Of a stretch of DNA of 64,000 bases, positions 59,811-64,000 are shown piece by piece. Origin of the DNA: Macrostomum hystrix (Eukaryota > Animalia > Platyhelminthes). A program made the translations under genes and the position numbers. Position 1 is the stretch's first letter; each line of letters starts with the position of its first letter. Location: the NCBI GenBank assembly GCA_950097015.1, contig CATNEN010000025.1:124001-188000 (forward strand), in the 5' to 3' direction. Below the pieces are notes generated by a model, which searched no databases, was not told the origin of the DNA, and saw nothing but the letters and a program-made list of their open reading frames with translations.

Positions 59811-60474
59811 GAAGTCCCAAAATAGAGTTCGTACATGTCTGCTAAAAAATAAAAAAATCAAAGAACTACTAAAAATGCTATTCAACATGCATCGCGATTT
59901 TGTTAAAACAAAAAATTACTCGTTCAATTGTTTCTGCAGATGCTGCTGCTTTGTGAAAGCTTATGGTTTAGTTTTACAAAAAAATCTAGGCCTAGAAAAA
60001 TCGCTTTTCAAATGCAAAATATGCGAATCTGAGTTCTGACTATTTCTATGCTGTTTTAAACATTTCCTCTTTATTCTATTCGTCACGAATTGTTGCTAGG
60101 ATTTTTATGCAAATAGACACAATGGCAGCGATTCGCGATCCGAAGCTGATGTGATGGGGGCTTAGCAGAAACATAAATCTCTAAATAATCATAAATCTAA
60201 AGCTCAGATCAGAAGTACAGCACTGATTGTTGCATTTTTCATATCTCGCCGTGGAGCTGAGTGCCACTTGCCAAATCCCATCCCTCTCATCCCATCTCGC
60301 TGCCGATACTATCTGTCTCTCTGTGTGTCTCTACGGTCTGCTGGGAATATTTTTCTATATAACAATGGAAAATCAATTATCAGCATCCGTCGATGCATCA
60401 TCAATCCCTAACAAATAGTCGATTCTTCAATTAAAGAATTGATTTAGGCATTACGCATTACGGGAACTGGCACC

Positions 60475-61143
60475 GGTTAGGCTCCGATTCAAGTCATACA
60501 CTGGTACATAAACTGTCTATGGGTTAGGCTCCGATTCAAGTCATACACTGGTACATAAATAGTCTATGGGTTAGGCTCCGATTCAAGTCATACACTGGTA
60601 CATAAATAGTCTATGGGTTAGGCTCCGATTCAAGTCATGCAGTGGTACATAAACTGTCTATGGGTTAGGCTCCGATTCAAGCCATACACTGGTACATAAA
60701 CTGTCTATGGGTTAGGCTCCGATTCAAGCCATACACTGGTACATAAACTGTCTATGGGTTAGGCTCCGATTCAAGCCATACACTGGTACATAAACTGTCT
60801 ATGGGTTAGGCTCCGATTCAAGTCATGCAGTGGTACATAAACTGTCTATGGGTTAGGCTCCGATTCAAGTCATGCAGTGGTACATAAACTGTCTATGGGT
60901 TAGGCTCCGATTCAAGCCATACACTGGTACATAAACTGTCTATGGGTTAGGCTCCGATTCAAGCCATACACTGGTACATAAACTGTCTATGGGTTAGGCT
61001 CCGATTCAAGCCATACACTGGTACATAAACTGTCTATGGGTTAGGCTCCGATTCAAGCCATACACTGGTACATAAACTGTCTATGGGTTAGGCTCCGATT
61101 CAAGTCATGCAGTGGTACATAAACTGTCTATGGGTTAGGCTCC
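60475..61143. repeat. 47-bp minisatellite, about 14 units
   Basis: (GGTTAGGCTCCGATTCAAGTCATACACTGGTACATAAACTGTCTATG)n, contiguous with no spacers. Confidence 0.97.
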
Positions 61144-62144
61144 CATTTTGAGCACAAAGTAAATGTGTTTGGCTTAAAACGCGAACACGAAACATCAATT
61201 ACGTAATGGCGCCTTCCTAATTTGGTATCTGCTTTCGCATTCTACGTAGAAAGCGCTTTCAGTTCAGGGATTTTGAGATAGCGATGTCGCAGCTAATACC
61301 GTACAGAATTATCGCCCGTCCCTACTATTCAGGATTAACGCAAAACAGGAAGTTGCACCTCGGTTAATCTCACACTGGACACGGGATAGGATTGACAGGG
61401 TAAGATAGTAGTTTATTTTCATTCAGACAGACATGCGAGCTACGCGCACACGCAATACCATGCGAGTCACCCCTGTTTCTATGTCTATATATGACCTTGG
61501 ACCCGCTGTGAAACTGACAGAGATCAGCTTATATATGAAGCCACACACGCACACACTGATGAGCTATGAAATTTTTATGCGCTTAGCTCTGGCAATAATA
61601 AACAAACGCGATGCCGGTGCACAGGAGGGAAGCCAAATGACGGAAATTCGGTAAGGTGACAGCCAGGGAGGGGAGTGGGAGAATGAGGAAGTGGAGTACG
61701 GCCTCAGCTGAGAAACTTGGCAGAAATCTTTGCCGGAAATCTTACCCCCTAGTGCTGGCCCTGCATGGCCCGCTGATAAGGAGGCTGCTCCTGCCGCCCC
61801 ATTTCCACTCCCTCTTTTCTTTTTACTTCCCCTACGCTGAGCTTTGACGCCAGCAATTTTATCCCAAGCCTACAGTGTCGGCACACTTCAATTGCCAAAC
61901 AATCTCGACAGTGCAGGCGCCACGACATCCATCTCAGAAATCCCACCCGAGTCCGCAGCCCCCCTTGGCTTGGAGTGTGCCGCCCACCACTCACTGCACC
62001 AACCGGCGAGTTTTGAGCACTTTACGATGTAAATAACTCGAGGGCCCTAGCAACCAAAGTGCTGGGCATCAAAGTAATATAAGAATATTGTTTGCACTGG
62101 ACACTGTACCAGGTGTCACACACAGACTCTAACAGATAAAAAAA

Positions 62145-62405
62145 ATCTGACTCAATTCTGACAAAGACTGACTCACACCTGACAAAGACTGACTCACTCC
62201 TGACAAAGACTGACTCAATCCTGACAAAGACTGACTCACTCCTGACAAAGACTGACTCAATCCTGACACATACTGACTCAATCCTGACACATACTGACTA
62301 AATCCTGACACATACTGACTAAATCCTGACACATACTGACTCAATCCTGACACATACTGACTCAATCCTGACACATACTGACTCAATCCTGACAAAGACT
62401 CACTC
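62145..62405. repeat. 21-bp minisatellite (CTGACTCAATCCTGACACATA)n
   Basis: About 12 units, directly visible. Confidence 0.95.
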
Positions 62406-62734
62406 AATCGTGAGACAGTCAGTTTTACTATTTTTACAAATAGTACTGAAGCACTGAATTAGTGTCACTTTTAAAGTGGAAGGGCTTTAGTCGATAAGTA
62501 TTTTACACAATGCGATTTAGGCACGCAGTTACTGTCTACCAATAGTATTGCTTTTGAAATCGATATTTTGTCAAGCATGGAGCTTAGAGTAACAAATATT
62601 TTCAATTAAATTCTTATTTAAGTTCAGTAGAAATTTTTAGAAGAAAAGTTAATGATTAAGGCTGGAAGGAAGGATAGTGAAAAGAGGTTCAAAAAGCAAA
62701 ACTGGAAGAAGAGTAGACGAGGAATGGACGAGGA

Positions 62735-63185
62735 GCGGATTGAGAGCGGATGAAGAGCGGATGAAGAGCGGATGAAGAGCGGATGAAAAGTGTATGAAGA
62801 GCCGATGAAGAGCGGATGAGGAGCGGATGAAGAGCGGATGAAAAGCGGATGAAAAGCGGATGAAGAGCGGATGAAGAGCGGATGAGGAGCGGATGAAGAG
62901 CGGACGAAAAGCGGATGAAGAGCGGATGAAAAGTGTATGAAGAGCCGATGAAGAGCGGATGAAGAGCGGATGAAGAGCGGATGAAAAGCGGATGAAGAGT
63001 GTATGAAGAGCCGATGAAGAGCGGATGAAGAGCGGATGAAGAGCGGATGAAAAGCGGATGAAAAGCGGATGAAGAGCGGATGAAGAGCGGATGAGGAGCG
63101 GATGAAGAGCGGATGAGGAGCGGATGAGGAGCGGATGAAGAGTGGATGAGGAGCGGATGAAGAGTGGATGAGGAGCGGATGAAGA
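62735..63185. repeat. 11-bp minisatellite (GAAGAGCGGAT)n just 3' of the innexin stop codon
   Basis: About 40 units, directly visible. Confidence 0.96.
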
Positions 63186-63200
63186 GTGTAACATCGGTTG

Positions 63201-64000
63201 TCAAACTTGGTCGTCACTTTCCCAGTGAGGCGTAGTGGGGAGCGCCTCTGCTGCATCGCTAGCGGAATCAGAGGCGCCGGACACCGTCGCATCCGCATCC
63301 GGCTTCTCGCAGCTGCTGCTTCGACGCCAGAGCGCTTCGCAGATCTCCGCCGCCGATGTCGGGCCGGCATTGCTGTCCACTAGGGACAGAAGGAGGACGC
63401 CGTCCGGTGTGAGCTCATCGGCGAATCGGTCGGCATTTCGGGCACGGCCGCGTATTCGCAGGAGCTTCGCCACGTAGACCCGCCTACCTCGCGGCAGGAG
63501 ACGGCAGCACCAGACCGCCAGGCGGTGACTCGTCAGACAGCCGAGGCCCAGCAGCCAGAACCAGAGCAGCGCGTAGACCTTCTCGTTCAGGCGGTTGATC
63601 TGCAGCACGCATTGCACCGTGTGCCGCTGCTCGTTGCCCAGCACCCGGATGAGGATGTCGCAGTAGGAAACGCGGGGAAAATACCCCGAGGCCTCCCAGT
63701 CTCGGCCCAGGGTCAGGTTCACGGCTAGCGAGAAGCCGTAGGTGACCGTCCTAGTGCCCGCGGTCAAGTAGGCGTTGATGATGAAGAACTGCGCCACGGT
63801 GACGCTGATGTACAACAGCTTCGTGGCAAGGTAGGCTCGGCACAATTGCCAGCCGTGCGGATCCAGCAGCTTCCAGAACTCCGAGCTGGAATCCGATTTG
63901 GCTTTGGCCGCGTCCAACGCTTCCTTGAAATGTCCGGCCACTGCGGCCACATTCTGGCGTCGGGCTCGCCGACCGAGCAGATTGCGACAGTCGGCCGAGA
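63201..64000 (-). CDS. Innexin (gap-junction/pannexin family), C-terminal part; gene continues beyond the right edge
   Basis: Open frame from the window edge to TGA at 63201. YLATKLLY..AQF, WEASGYFPRVSYCD, RHTVQCVLQINRLNEKVYALLWFW and LTPDGVLLLSLVDSNAG are hallmark innexin motifs. Confidence 0.95.
   Translation of the reverse strand, partial: SADCRNLLGRRARRQNVAAVAGHFKEALDAAKAKSDSSSEFWKLLDPHGWQLCRAYLATKLLYISVTVAQFFIINAYLTAGTRTVTYGFSLAVNLTLGRDWEASGYFPRVSYCDILIRVLGNEQRHTVQCVLQINRLNEKVYALLWFWLLGLGCLTSHRLAVWCCRLLPRGRRVYVAKLLRIRGRARNADRFADELTPDGVLLLSLVDSNAGPTSAAEICEALWRRSSSCEKPDADATVSGASDSASDAAEALPTTPHWESDDQV

Noticed and set aside
60475-61143. CRISPR-like look of the 47-bp (and 31/34-bp) repeats
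   Set aside because: Units are contiguous with no unique spacers, there are no cas genes, and the context is eukaryotic.
50545-63370. Long repetitive ORFs (SRRIVSLPL, LFPFLSSPSS, GREEGEERK, MGLPYL, SSSALHPLFIR)
   Set aside because: All coincide with tandem or polypyrimidine arrays; periodicity equals the DNA unit and both strands or several frames are open.

Overview
Eukaryotic (invertebrate animal) genomic DNA: spliceosomal GT-AG genes, an innexin, and very dense tandem repeats. The overall style fits a free-living flatworm such as Macrostomum, which is an inference and not proven. Genes reconstructed by hand from splice sites: the 5' part of WDR44 (minus, runs off the left edge), a CUB + C-type-lectin single-pass receptor (plus), a small DUF1279/FAM210-like membrane protein exon (minus), a complete 8-exon inositol-trisphosphate 3-kinase (minus) with an antisense tRNA-Gly(GCC) in one intron, a complete 10-exon ABCG half-transporter plus a decayed tandem paralog (minus), and the 3' part of an innexin (minus, runs off the right edge). 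The most striking structure is 14387-21385: three near-identical 2.27-kb non-autonomous Helitrons. Two form a seamless head-to-tail dimer (CTAG|TC rolling-circle junction) and the third is inverted 197 bp away, giving a 4.7-kb palindrome that ends 65 bp from the IP3K stop codon. Each copy carries a frameshifted PIF1 fragment and a nested hAT-type MITE with its 8-bp TSD. Also present: two tRNA-derived SINE families, two TIR elements, relics of a non-LTR RT, mariner and probably Tc1, and about 19 unrelated micro/minisatellite tracts covering roughly a quarter of the window (about half of 36-63 kb). Two genes have a phase-0 acceptor but no convincing own ATG, which fits initiation from a flatworm spliced-leader AUG. 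No CRISPR or prokaryotic system was seen, and I found no clear-cut wholly new system; the leads are listed as findings.
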